Part shown: one piece after another, positions 35,355-48,960 of the stretch
Numbering within the stretch: the stretch's first letter is position 1
Layout of the letters: every line of letters begins with the position of its first letter
Origin: Octopus bimaculoides
Taxonomy: Eukaryota
DNA length: 52,451 nucleotides
Reading direction: 5' to 3'
NCBI RefSeq assembly: GCF_001194135.2
Contig: NC_068983.1
Location: 153,761,352 to 153,813,802 of the forward strand
Program-made: the position numbers and the translations under genes
Notes under the pieces: model-generated
What the model was told of the DNA's origin: nothing
Seen by the model: the letters and a program-made list of their open reading frames with translations, nothing else
The model's database searches: none

Positions 35355-36759
35355 AAGCGTGTGTGTTTAACGATGCATTGCATATTTATTCTTAATGCCT
35401 CCCGGCCTATATGGACGAAATATCCTACTCATATTTGTGTACATTGCAAGAAACAGCTTCCCAATTTTTACAGCAACAATTTATTCACAATGCCGTAAGT
35501 GTTTATCTCGCTACATATCCCGCCAGAATCTAATTTGTCTTTTATCTTTTCAGGGTCGATAAAATGCAATACTAGCCAAGTAGTGACATTGACTATTTCT
35601 AAAACCACTCCATAAAACTGCGTCTTATAGCTCCTATATTTGTATTTTTTATTAGTTTACAATATTTGGCAAACTTTTGTTCGATGTCTTTAGAAATCAT
35701 TGAAAATGATGAGGAAAGCCTAGAAACCGTTTAATTCCAATTAGTTTTATGCAGAAAAAGAATGCAAAATGTCTCGTGTTCCGACTTTGACAAGAAAAGC
35801 CTTTTGATGATCTATATTTATACACTACATTTCTTGCCAAGTGCAAGTTCGAGTGTGTATGTGTGCGTGTATGTGTATATTTGTGTGTCTTTGTGTTTGG
35901 GTGTGTGTGTATGTGTTTGTGTGTTAACTGAGAGGCACGAAGTACATAAAACCATGACAAAAGCCTTCATTGCAAAACTCCGAAATTATACAATAAGGAA
36001 TAAACATGTAACTGAAGATGAGGAAGTTCTGAAGGCCAGATCAATCACAGTTTTCTCTTCTTAAATCTTATCTAAAATAGGGGGATATAAGAATGCATAA
36101 CAGAGTTACAAGATTTATTGACTAAAAAATATAACAGATCTATGGAATGTGTATATAAATAATAGAAGTAATACTACAAACAGATAATGAGATATTTATA
36201 GGCGTTAAACAAACTGATATTATTCTGGGAGGGGATGGTTCAAATTGGATTAATGTTGTCAATGACAATAAAAAACCGAAATATCTCATAAGTAATTTGT
36301 CACTTTCAACTGGTGCTAACATGTTCAAGACAAATGAAAAATTATCTAATAAAGCTATATAGCTAAAATATTGAAACCAAATATAATCATTGAATCCCAT
36401 AATCAGTCGTGATTTGGAATGATGAAAAGCTATGCAATGAGGGAGGGAAAACCCAACTCTATACACACACAAACAACCCGCATAAAGTACCATGGCTAGG
36501 CACTTACTTAGAGATATAGCAATACATTGCACAATGCAGCATCAAATTAAATTACTGGATATATGGCAATGCACAGACTTCAGCCTATAGTTTTAGGATA
36601 AAATACAGCTATGAAAATTCTGAGTGTAAAATTAACTAAAAGTAAATATATGAATTTCCACGTGGGAACGATTGCAAGAAATGCACCCCACTGTCTGTTT
36701 CTTAGATCTTTCACTGCTATCAGCACAACTGTGAATGAGCCATCTTCAAGCAACTTCTT

Positions 36760-37200
36760 ACCTCCACTCATGTCGTTGGAATACTTAACATTTCTGTACC
36801 TACTCTGGTTTTACTTCAATCTCCGCATCAACCTCGTAGGAAATTCATCTTCCGACATATGTAGAGTTATCGAATTACTCAATTTCGTGGTGTCCAAGTT
36901 TGATTGGTTTTTGTTTGGGCTCCATCAAATGATATATCGTTCATCTTCCAGCACTAATCCGCAGAGATGTTTTCGCCTCTAAACTGTATAGGCATTCTGG
37001 CATTGTCTACTGCATATGTCTGTGGGAGTTTAGTAACGTAAATTTGTCTTAGAAATCCAACTCATTCAGTTTTTCCGGTCCTTGTGCTATTCCAAATCTA
37101 GTGTGTTCAATCGCTTTGCACGTGTTGAAGTCAATCGCTATCAGAGTAGAAAAAGTGACAAAATGCAACCCCGCTTCATTAGTAGCAATTCCGACCAAGT
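36760..37200 (-). mobile_element. RTE-clade LINE reverse-transcriptase fragment, decayed
   Basis: LIAIDF...RFGIAQGPEKLNELDF*DKFTLL (cf. LTDLDFADDIALL)...SLRISA...IKLGHHEIE*FDNSTYVGR*IS..DAEIEVK. Confidence 0.7.
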
Positions 37201-37246
37201 CGTTAGTTGTACTTCTTGTTTTCAATATAAATTGACAAGGTGAATT

Positions 37247-37677
37247 CGCAATGTGGCTGTGTGGTAAGTAGGTTGCTTCCCAACCACATGGTTCCGTGTT
37301 CATTCCTACTGCGTGGCACCTCTGGACAAGTGTTTTCTACTATAGCATCGGGCCGACCTAAGCCATGTGAGTGGATTTGGTAGACAGAAACTGAAGGAAG
37401 CTCGTCGTATATGTGTATAAGTGTACTTATATATNNNNNNNNNNNNNNNNNNNNNNNNATATATATGTAAGTGTATGTGTGCGTGTCTGTTTTTGTCGTG
37501 CCAACATCGCTTGACGAACGATGCTGGTGTGTTTACGTTCCCATAATCTAGAGGTTCGGCAAAAGAGACCGAGAGAATAAGTACTAGGCTTCCAAAGAAT
37601 AAGTCCTGGGGTCGATTTGCTCGACCAAAAGCGGTGCACCAGCATGACCTCTGTCAAATGACTGAAAAACGTAAAAG
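37247..37677 (+). mobile_element. Full-length tRNA-derived SINE with an internal (TA)n/(TG)n microsatellite
   Basis: A-box-like TGGCTGTGTGG and B-box-like GTTCATTCC, then a core, a central microsatellite with a gap, and a 3' half matching 14-193. Confidence 0.8.
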
Positions 37678-38526
37678 TGTAAGTGAAAGAGAGAATGTGA
37701 TTGAGTAACAGAGTATTCAACAGAGTTGGAAGAGAAGGATTTCTGTTTTGGGCATCAAATTTATTACACCAGAAACATTAGAAAACATCGCATGTAGTAA
37801 ACGAGTAAAACAGTATATGTTGAAGCGGAATAGAGTAACTGCTGAACATATGAAAGCGTGGATGAAACACCTAAGTACATTGTCTATGTCTTCATTGTCT
37901 TAATTATCACAGAATACAGCCAAACGTCGGGCATTTGTAATCTGTTACGAGATATCTACAGAAATACCAGGTAATAAACCAGAAAAAATATTTGCCGTGA
38001 TAAAATAACTCCACTGACCACAGACAGAAAGGTTAATTATTGAGGCGCAGTGATCCCTACTCTCACAAAAAAAAAAAAAAGGAAATTTCGATGTGAACTT
38101 CGTCAAAGTGACAAGTGGTGGTTGTAGTGTTGATGATAGACATGATAGTAGTAATTATACTGCTGCTGTTAGAGTTGGTGTTGGTTCATCGTAGCTCAAA
38201 AGCAAAGCCCTATTTTGATAGTAACTCCCAGCATTTTTTGTTACTATGATAGTGGTATTTTTAAATTTCAAATGGCTATTTTTTGCAATTTAGTGTATAT
38301 CCCATCATCTTCGGCAGACAATATATCTGCAGGAATTACATTAAGTCATGTCTCGTGAAAGCTCGTATTTTGTTTCAGAATTGTGCTCCGTCTGAAGTTT
38401 GGGTTTTTCTCTTGCTGTTATTGTTGTTGTCGGTGTATTGATACTCAATAAAGGTAGTGTTTCTTCTGAGAAATGTGTTACTGGCGTTATTGCAAACGCT
38501 GCTTTTATTATTACAGCATGCAAACA

Positions 38527-38690
38527 AGGAGGCGAGGTGGCAGAATCGTTAGCACGCTTAGCGGTATCTCACCCGTCGCTACACTCTGAGTTCAAATTCC
38601 GACCATTCGGGGGTTGATAAAATAAGTGAAAGTAATCGATTCATCCCCTCCCCCAAATTGCTGCCCATGTGGAAAAATTTGAAACCATTA
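38527..38690 (+). mobile_element. tRNA-derived SINE, internally deleted
   Basis: aggaggcgaggtggcagaatcgttagcac...ctgagttcaaattcc matches the 24311-24540 family. Confidence 0.75.
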
Positions 38691-39959
38691 TTACAGCATG
38701 CTCTTAAAAATTATTGCTGTGGTTAAGCAGATTTCTGCTGTTATTGCTGTTCGCTCTTCTGTTGTGATTGTTACTATTGTTATCGAACTTTGTGTTGGTG
38801 GGTATGTTGTCATGAAGGTCTACATTCAGGCCTACATTCAACAGTTGCTTTATGTTCATTTCCCGAGAAGAAGCCCCTGAAATTATATGTTTCTACAATT
38901 TTGCCGTTTTCTCTCAACTGCTACCTGAAGGTGATGCAGTCCTCTGTCAGTAATAGGTTGGAGATCCTACGTAATGTCTATTTAAATCAGGATTTTCAGC
39001 TGCGTCTCAACCCAACTTTTATTTCAAAATCTAAGGTGCAATACATCACAATAATTTATCACAAAAATTCGCAAGCATATCACCAAAACTAACGTTCTAC
39101 TAGGACTCTAGTTCAGGCGGTATATTTATGAATTCTATCTTGATTAGCTTCGCCTAGGAAAAGAAATACCAGTGTAAGTTTCTCAACTCTACGTGAGATG
39201 GGGAAGTGCTTCTCGGCTAGAGTTTTCTATTGCAAAATTCATTTGTATCAATCTTGGCCAGAACTTGTAACACTTTCTGTGTCTCTCGAGACGCTTTTTA
39301 AGCCGGGTGCAGCTTACGAATGTTCGTACTAGATTATGTCTCTTCAAATATTTGAAACCAAGACTTGTTATAAATTCGTTTTCACACAAGTAATATATAA
39401 AAGGATCGTAGTATTCGAGGATTTAAAATATCTCTAGTGTTGTGGTTGCGGTTATATTTACTGTCATTGTCTTCCAAATTAAATATTTGTGTACTTTCTT
39501 TTCTTAATTATTCTCTCCATTGTTCCTTTTGTTTTACCTCTTATACAACTACTTATGTGTTTAGGCATTAATTTTTTGAGAGATTTTAGCATTTTGCCGT
39601 CTAACATAATTGGGAGTGGTAATCAATTTGGATGTAAAAACATTAAGGTGGAAAGATGAAACTTTAAAAATTTAAATATTAAAAATTTGCTAAAACAAAC
39701 GAATATTTCAAGTGCCTGCCTCCGAGCAGAAGCTATTTACGCAATTACAGTTCCTTTTAACAAATACACCAAAGAAACATTACTTGCTAATGCTTCAAGA
39801 AGAGTCAAACTGTGTATTTGAACAGTGTGTCATTTTATTTATTTTTCTATTTATTTTGCTGTCTTATTTTTCTCATAATGCACATCTAAAGCATTTATGC
39901 TCATAAATTTTGACGATAAATTAATTTTCTACTTTATCTGAATATATATAATATGTAGA

Positions 39960-40125
39960 CCAAAATAATTAGCGACACTTCGTCCGTCTTCGTGTTTTGA
40001 GTTCAAATTTCGCCAATGTCAACTTTACCTTTCATCCGCTGAACGTCGAGGAAATAAATACTAGTTGAACAGTGGATAAATTACATAAACCTTCCTCGAA
40101 ATTGTTGGCCTTGTGTTAAATTTAA
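39960..40125 (+). mobile_element. Degenerate tRNA-derived SINE
   Basis: ttcgtccgtctt..gttttgagttcaaatttcgcc...tcaactttacctttcatcc matches the 24311-24540 family. Confidence 0.65.
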
Positions 40126-41719
40126 TAGTCAATTATACAATATGCTATGTGTCATAAATAGACATCTAATACAAGGTATGTAATTGTATTTACACTGATT
40201 GCACTATTAATTATTGTACTTCATGTAATCCTATATCTATTACATTTTCTATTCATATCACCAAGAAGTATCATGTATTCAAGATGTAGTCTAATTGCTT
40301 ACCATATTACATGAATGTATTTCTATGCATAAATGCAATAACTTTCTCTAGTCATAAATTACACTTTTGTATTGGTACGTATATATTTCATTGATATACA
40401 AAATTATATAGCTGTAGTGTGTACGTAATGTTTTTAAAAGCTTCAAAAGTACAGATTATCTTTAATTTTTCGCTGTAGATCACATTAAAAATAGTTTTCT
40501 TTATCATTTTTTAGGTATTTGCAGGTAAATGTCTTTTATTCTATAGTTAGATCACACTTAATTATTTGATTTTTAACGCGAAAACCATTTAATATTTACA
40601 TTATGAAGCATATTTTCAATCTCCCCGTCATTGGGCCGACGATAACATGTCGCAAATGAGTGTATCCGGAAACAGGGGATAATAGCGTGTAGATATAGCA
40701 GGTTATATTGAGAATCTAAAGAGTGCCTCATTGCTGAGCGAGTAGCGCAAAGACTAGACCAGCAGACTCAAGTAACGGTAGATACTGTGAAATACACAGG
40801 AATGTCAAGGTAGAACCGATAAGAAAGGCTAAAAAAAAAGAAAACATCTAAACAGAACACTGCATGCCGCTCTACACTGCAGTGACGTAGAATTATCCAA
40901 ATGCACACATTATGAATACTGATAACAAAAAGTCTACTGTAAACAATCTGCTTATCTTGATGGAACATAACAGAGCTTTCATGAATTACAGCATGAAGCA
41001 TTTGAAGGTATCGAAGATCGTTTCGATGACATTGATGCATAACACACGTAATACGTCATTCTGGGATTTATGGAGGTTCAAAGTTGGGAAGAAAACCAGG
41101 ACAGTGGAAATGAAAGATGAGGATAAATATCCGTCAAATGTAAATTATGTATACAATGTGCATAATATCTCATCCCTTAAATATGGAACTGTAATATATA
41201 TATATATATANNNNNNNNNNNNNNNNNNNNNNNNNNNNNNNNNNNNNNNNNNNNNNNNNNNNNNNNNNNNNNNNNNNNNNNNNNNNNNNNNNNNNNNNNN
41301 NNNNNNNNNNNNNNNNNNNNNNNNNNNNNNNNNNNNNNNNNNNNNNNNNNNNNNNNNNNNNNNNNNNNNNNNNNNNNNNNNNNNNNNNATATAGGATAAA
41401 TTCTTTATAAGAATTTATCAAGTAGTCAGCGTGAAAAAAACCTCATAATGAAAAAAATTCATCATTTTTTCATAAATATATATAAATAATCTATGCAGGT
41501 TACTTCACAGTTTTTCTGTATTTGATTGAGAAACCAGTGGTTTACCGTTCAGTTAAATGTTTTTAAGAGATAAATTTTGAAAGCTGCATTCCCTCGCTTC
41601 CAGTAAATATGTTGCTTATTTTTTGGTAGTTTTTGACTTATTTAGTCCCTCGAAGCGTGAGGCATTACAACACAGTTAATGCCCTTTATATAAATTATTT
41701 ATATATATATATATATATC

Positions 41720-41990
41720 AACGACCCTCATTCGGAGGTGCAAAGTTGGGAACAAAACAGGACAGTGGAGACATACAAGCAAACCGAAAGGAAAAAACAT
41801 GGCGGGTCGATAGACCAGAACGAGGGTAAATTAGCAAACGCTGGAGAAATATCTTCTTTAACAAGAGACAAGATAGAAGAGAGAGGTAGGATACGTCCAG
41901 TCTTTAGGACAGGCCTGACAGAAAAGAAAGATGATCACATGAGGAAAGGAAACATGAACAATGACTACGTGAGCAATGAGCGAGAGTAAA
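41720..41990. mobile_element. Partial copy of the 42347-42820 MITE-like family; a further short match lies at ~41060-41110
   Basis: ggagg..caaagttgggaac.aaac.ggacagtggagacatacaag.aaaccgaa...gggtcg.tagaccagaacgag...gtctttaggacag is shared with 42505-42700. Confidence 0.75.
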
Positions 41991-41999
41991 GGAGAAAGA

Positions 42000-42053
<54 letters not shown>

Positions 42054-42315
42054 ACACGGTGAAGGGGAGAAAAAAGGAATTAGAGAAAGGATGAGAGAGC
42101 AAAAACAAAAGGGGTAGAAAACAGTATAGAGTAAAGTCGCATCAATAAGACTAAGTTATACTTTCTTGAAAATGGATCTGTGGCGTTCAATCAAATAATA
42201 ATATAAATAATACATATNNNNNNNNNNNNNNNNNNNNNNNNNNNNNNNNNNNNNNNNNNNNNNNNNNNNNNNNNNNNNNNNNNNNNNNNNNNNNNNNNNN
42301 NNNNNNNNNNNNNNN

Positions 42316-42346
<31 letters not shown>

Positions 42347-42348
<2 letters not shown>

Positions 42349-42820
42349 CAGGACGGCACCACTAGTAAACAACATGAAATACGAAAACAATTGAGTTCAC
42401 TACGCAAACAAGGAGAGAAACAAATGGAAAATAGGACAAGTAGCATAAAAAAACGACCCTTCATCAGTTGCTCCCATAAGTACCAACATGAAGTTTGGGA
42501 TGTATGGAGGGTCAAAGTTGGGAACACAAAACAAGACAGTGGAGACATACAAGTAAACCGAACTAAAAAAAAAAACAAGAAGGGTCGTTAGACCAGAACG
42601 AGTGTAAAATAGCGAATGCTGGACAAATATTTTCTTTAACAAGACAAAAGATAGAAGGGAGAGAGAGGGTAAGTCCCGTCTTTAGGACAGCCCTGAAAGA
42701 AAGATGATAACGAAACGAAAAGAAAGATGGACGATGGTCACGAGTAAGCAACGAGTAAGCAACGTATTGAAGTCGTTTGTTTTCGTATTTCATGTTGTTT
42801 ACTATTGGTGACATCCTGCA
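42347..42820. mobile_element. 474-bp non-coding TIR element (MITE-like) with 44-bp TIRs, inserted next to (TA)n
   Basis: Left tgcaggacggcaccactagtaaacaacatgaaatacgaaaacaa; reverse complement of the right end tgcaggatgtcaccaatagtaaacaacatgaaatacgaaaacaa (3 mismatches in 44). Confidence 0.8.
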
Positions 42821-44139
42821 CACATATATGCACACGCACACATACACATATATATTTTGCTTATATTATATATATGATATATAAATGTGTATATGTATAT
42901 GTAACATACATAGAGAGTGAGATAGAGAGAGATCAATATAATGCATCACCAACTTGAAGTACAAGAGACAAATGTGTGCTGAAATAAATTCGATCTCAGT
43001 GCGTAAGAAGAACATAGCTAGGTACCAGAAATATTTTCGTAGGCGACTTACTGATTCTCCCTGCTTTGTTTTCCATAACATTAATGTTAATAATGAATGT
43101 TTTTTTCGAATATATATTGTTATTCCACAGTAATCGTGATTTCTTTCTAGTGAACAAGTAAGTTGCAAATTTAAAATAGAAATAGAAATTAGCTAACACT
43201 AGCTAAAGATGTAGTCCCATCTTTCTACAAGTGGTTTTTATCAAAAAGTCAGAAAGGTAACAATAAAAACATATACACAAATATAAAAGTTTTCCCGATT
43301 TATGCCAGTCTATGTTAACAGTTTCATCAATATTAATTAAATTTGATAAATATCGTTAAATTTTGGAAAGCGCAAAGCTCCAGGGAACTGCTTAATGTGA
43401 AAAAAATGACGTTACGAAAAATAAAAGCAAAAGTCATAGCTAACAAAATTACTTTAAATTTTGTATAAAATATGCACAAGAAATTATAGACCAAAATGAT
43501 GTATGATATTTATCCTCCGAAAAACATTCTTACGAAGACACAAGGTAGTGGTAAAAGCAATGTGTGTCGAGCTCATAAGACATATATGTGTGTTCTTTAA
43601 TGATGTGGTATATAACAGTTACACATTTTAAAATGCACATTACTTAAAATTGAAAATATTATATATTTCACACCCAGATTATCACATATCACACAAGTTC
43701 ACGAATATACACATATTAACTGTCCGTTTGTGTGTGTGTGTGTCTGTGTGTGTACACTTATGATTAACACACCTTTATATATGTGCGTGTATTTAAATGT
43801 ATGCAAATACATACATATCACCAGATATGTATTGTATGTTTAATATGCTTTCAAAATAACATTATTTGCCTTGATTTCACTATTGTAACTTTTATATGTA
43901 TATATGTATGTATGTACACTTTTTAAATGCAGTAATGTTGAATTCCCAGAACCTAAAGGTTCATGTATATCATGATATAAATCTAGACTAGGACCCTAAA
44001 GCTGACAAGACACGTGTAATTTATTGTGCTACGAGCTTCATTTTATTAGAAAATTCGTGCCAAGTTTAAACACCCTGGGCCAGTATTATTAAAATCATAT
44101 ATTGGTTATCCAAAAAAAAAAAAAAGAATCCTAGAACTC

Positions 44140-44310
44140 CACCACCACTGCCACCATAACTACCACTACTGCAAACAGCGGTCCCTCCTCCTCCTCCTCC
44201 TCCTACTACTACTACTACTACTACTACTACCAACAGTCTCTACTACTACTTCTATTACGGTCACTACTACTACTGCTCGTGCCACTGCTGCTGCTGCTGC
44301 TGCTGCTTCC
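44140..44310. repeat. (CCA)/(CCT)/(ACT)/(GCT) trinucleotide mosaic
   Basis: Direct reading. Confidence 0.9.
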
Positions 44311-45005
44311 TCCCCTGCTACTACAACCAATTAACTACTGCTGCTTACACGGACAGAGTTTACTCCCGTTTACCATTACCAACACTGTCACTACTACTAC
44401 TTCAGCGAACGNNNNNNNNNNTGTGTGTGTGTATGTGTGTGTGTGCGCGTGTGTGTATTTGTGCCTGTGTGTGTATATGCATGTGCTTTCAACAATTCGT
44501 CAACGAAGTAGGCTACTACACCAGTTGTTCTCCGGTATCAATATACTTCAATGCTTCACTGTTCTGAGATCAAACCCGGCCAACCCATTGGGAGACTTAT
44601 GTAAGACTTGATAAACGACAGCAAATGATGGAATTGTGCACGGACAAAGACTAATTAACTGTGTCGTGAAACCTAAAGAAAATGGTGAAATATGAAATAT
44701 TACAAAGATCTGAGGAAACACTTTGATGTGATGGCTTCTGTGTGATTGATTGGTTGGTGGTCAAAGATGACAGCATTGAATAGGAATGTATATTATGAAA
44801 GGAGCGGCGTGGTGGGAGAGGCGAGGAGCCAATGTGCATGAGCAACTGCAAACAGTAACAAGGTTTTCCTTAATTAGATGTGCGTGCGTGAAATTATGTA
44901 TCTGTAAAGATATACAAACATACATACTTGTATCTATGTATGTTTATATATATCTTTACACATACACAGTTTCCCGCACACACACACACACATATATATA
45001 ATATA

Positions 45006-45047
<42 letters not shown>

Positions 45048-46790
45048 CAAACACACACACATTACTTTTAATACCCATATTGTTCTTCTGGGTGACTACG
45101 TACGTATATATGTTTCTTTATCGGCCACACAGGGCTGAACACAAAGGGGACAAAATACAAAGTAGAGCTTTTCTTTTTNNNNNNNNNNNNNNNNNNNNNN
45201 NNNNNNNNNNNNNNNNNNNNNNNNNNNNNNNNNNNNNNNNNNNNNNNNNNNNNNNNNNNNNNNNNNNNNNNNNNNNNNNNNNNNNNNNNNNNNNNNNNNN
45301 NNNNNNNNNNNNNNNNNNNNNNNNNNNNNNNNNNNNNNNNNNNNNNNNNNNNNNNNNNNNNNNNNNNNNNNNNNNNNNNNNNNNNNNNNNNNNNNNNNNN
45401 NNNNNNNNNNNNNNNNNNNNNNNNNNNNNNNNNNNNNNNNNNNNNNNNNNNNNNNNNNNNNNNNNNNNNNNNNNNNNNNNNNNNNNNNNNNNNNNNNNNN
45501 NNNNNNNNNNNNNNNNNNNNNNNNNNNNNNNNNNNNNNNNNNNNNNNNNNNNNNNNNNNNNNNNNNNNNNNNNNNNNNNNNNNNNNNNNNNNNNNNNNNN
45601 NNNNNNNNNNNNNNNNNNNNNNNNNNNNNNNNNNNNNNNNNNNNNNNNNNNNNNNNNNNNNNNNNNNNNNNNNNNNNNNNNNNNNNNNNNNNNNNNNNNN
45701 NNNNNNNNNNNNNNNNNNNNNNNNNNNNNNNNNNNNNNNNNNNNNNNNNNNNNNNNNNNNNNNNNNNNNNNNNNNNNNNNNNNNNNNNNNNNNNNNNNNN
45801 NNNNNNNNNNNNNNNNNNNNNNNNNNNNNNNNNNNNNNNNNNNNNNNNNNNNNNNNNNNNNNNNNNNNNNNNNNNNNNNNNNNNNNNNNNNNNNNNNNNN
45901 NNNNNNNNNNNNNNNNNNNNNNNNNNNNNNNNNNNNNNNNNNNNNNNNNNNNNNNNNNNNNNNNNNNNNNNNNNNNNNTGCTGCTTCCTCCCCTGCTACT
46001 ACAACCAATTAACTACTGCTGCTTACACGGACAGAGTTTACTCCCGTTTACCATTACCAACACTGTCACTACTACTACTTCAGCGAACGATTCAAGCCAA
46101 CGCTCTAGACAGCCATTATGTACCCGCATAAAAAACGCTCCCACGTGGACTATGTTGACACCAGTAAGAAACAATTACACATTTTTTAAAATATGTATTT
46201 TTGATAAGGTTCGTTTTATCAAGAACCGAAACATGTTAAAAATTTCTCTGACAAAATTATACATTAAAATTCAATTTTTATATATTGGCGTTTTCAAACT
46301 TCTTTTTTATAAATATATATTCATATATACACATACATATATATATATATAAGTATGTATGTGCATGTATGCATGCATGTATGTACGTATGTATGTATGA
46401 ATATTGTTTCTACGTACACAGCGAGTGCGTTATTGTGTTTGTAGTATCAAGCCAGTATTATTACACATATTGTATATAAGGGCGAAGGTTCCTTCCTGGC
46501 GCTCCAGCAGTTTATTTCTGGTTAAAGAACTGAGATCTGTTCTAAGTAAACTAGAAAAACACAGATTTCACTGCACAGAGTTTTTGTATATTTGCTGCAT
46601 TCCTGCAACTGAAATGGCTGTATCTATTACACTCAGCCTTTGAAGTCATCTACACTTCATATCATATTTTATATATAGATATATATATATGAATAACTAG
46701 ATTCATACATACGTAGACACATATATGTATGTATATACATAGGCACACAAACACACATACATATATGAACACACACATTGAGACATATAT

Positions 46791-46830
<40 letters not shown>

Positions 46831-46842
46831 NNNNNNNNNNAC

Positions 46843-47840
46843 TGTTTCATCCTCTGGAATGAAAGTATAGAAAAGCTCAACGAATTCCAAGCACTTCTAA
46901 ATGGATTAAACGAAAACCTACAATTTACGATGGAATACAACAATCAACAACTACCGTTTTTAGATATGCTCATAAAGAAAGTCGGAAACAAGATAGAGAC
47001 AGACGTCTATTATAAATCCACTGACTCGAAACAGTACCTACCATTTGATTCTTGCCACCCGAGACACACCAGGACTAATATCCCATTTTGTTTAGCCAAA
47101 AGAATATGCACTATAGTATCAGATGCAGACACCCGTTATACACGACTCCAGGAATTGAAATCCACACTCGTAAATAGAAACTATCCACAGCCCTTAATCG
47201 AAAATACGATCCAAAGAGTACTTCAATTAAATACAAAAGAACTTAGACAACCAAGACCCAAGAAGGAAGAAAAATTAAAAACCCTGTCTTACATCTCCAC
47301 ACACAACCCACACAACAATGAGGCCTTCAACAACATACTCCACAGCACAGCTCTACTCAAGAAAGACCCAAAAATGAACCGAATCCTCAATACACATACA
47401 ATCATCAAAAGTAAGAGGCAACCAAAATCAATGAAAAATATTTTAACCCAGGCCAAATTACACTCAACTATAACCACTAAATCTACAGTAAAAAAATGCG
47501 GGAAACCCAACTGTAGGATTTTTTTCAACGTAATAGAAGGATCAGAACATCGATTAGAACAAGGCCATAATTTCACAATAAAAACTAATTTTAAATGTGC
47601 ATCGGAGAACTTGATCTACCTAATTACATGCTCTGAATGCAAACGGCAATATATTGGACACACTAAAAACAGCCTATGTCAGAGGATGGCGGTACAGAAA
47701 TCCCAAATTAGGATCCCATAAAACAGGAAAATACCTCTCAGCCAGCACATCGACCAATGTGCTTACAACAAATTTCCCAAATTCACAACGTTTCCTGTAT
47801 ACAAATTCAAAAACAATGCTAGCCAAAATGAACGCATTAG
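46843..47840 (+). mobile_element. Penelope-like element: RT thumb, Cys-linker and GIY-YIG endonuclease (Neptune-type architecture); 5' end lost in a gap
   Basis: Open ~290 aa from DCFILWN (just after the YIDD motif): QFTME..LPFLDM, YYKSTDSKQYLPFDSCHP, RLQELK, KCGKPNCRI linker, NLIYLITCSECKRQYIGHT (GIY..YIG), then SQHI after a premature stop at 47719-47721. Confidence 0.92.
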
Positions 47841-48429
47841 CAAAAGCCAAGGAAGGAAAGGATTATTGACCGGAAGCATGTGACCATGCCGGTGTAAAGG
47901 GAAGAGAGAGAGTGGTAGAGGGAGAAACAGAGGGAGGAAGTAGAAGAATAGGTGAGTAACGAGAGGAAAAGAGAAAGAGAGGAAATACGAGGGGGAAAAA
48001 GAGATACGTAGTAGTAACAGAGGAAGAACGAGAGGGGTAAAGCGAGATACGTAGTAGTACAGAGGAAAACGAGGGGGGGGAAGAAAAAGAGATAGAGTAG
48101 CGTCGGAGGATATGAGTTTACGAAAACTACTTATATTTTGGAAGACGCTGCGTTCAACCATGTAAAAACAAATAGTAAATGAGTATATGCATATATACGT
48201 ACAGGTATGTGCATACCGACATCCACCTGTATGTATAGGTGCATATACATANNNNNNNNNNNNNNNNNNNNNNNNNNNNNNNNNNNNNNNNNNNNNNNNN
48301 NNNNNNNNNNNNNNNNNNNNNNNNNNNNNNNNNNNNNNNNNNNNNNNNNNNNNNNNNNNNNATATATATATACATACATTTACCTGTGTGTGTATGTTTG
48401 CGCCTCTGTTTGTATATATACATTATTTT

Positions 48430-48960
48430 TTTTTTTACTGATGAATCCATATTTAAATTCAATGCCTCAGCTTCAATAAGTGCATCTGCTAGCGAATTCG
48501 GAGTTAGTATATTACGGAAGAACATGAATAGGCCCATCATCCAAATGATTAAGTGAAGCTTTCTGTTTTAAAATTACTCGAAGTGACCCCATTTATTTTG
48601 ACCTGTTGCAACAAAATTTAAGAGACATTTGAATATATAGAATTTATTTTTGGAAAGATGAGGCTCGCCAACCCTACCATAATAATGTAATGACCTACCT
48701 TCCTGAGGTTTTACAACACAAAGGAATTAGATACAGTGGTTCAGAAGAAGCGCTTGCGCAATCACCAAACCTCACATAAGGCATTTTATGAGATTACTTG
48801 AAAGATACGTTTATGGTACAAAGCCGGTCTATGAATTTAGGGAAGACATTGAACGACAGTAGGCACAAATACCGAACGAAATAGGTTTTCATGTTTGTGA
48901 CTCCATGTTTCGTTTTATGTGCAGAGCACCGTGAGCATAAAAGTAATTAATTTCAAAATA
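48430..48960 (+). mobile_element. Degenerate Tc1/mariner transposase remnant
   Basis: FFTDESIFKFN (first D), PIYFDLLQQ, IYFWKDEARQPYHNNVMTYL (cf. FQQDGAPPHY..V..YL), AQSPNLT (cf. ARSPDLT), DYLKD. Confidence 0.55.

Noticed and set aside
36140-36532. Hydrophobic 130-aa minus ORF with a faint likeness to Cys-loop receptor TM2 (LAPVESDK)
   Set aside because: It is the antisense of an A-rich strand, the TM1-TM3 pattern does not hold, and the plus strand looks more like a decayed LINE end.
42420-42475. Minus-strand CUGAUGA-AGGG inside the MITE-like element
   Set aside because: No matching CCCU-GAAA, stem III or NUH site in register.
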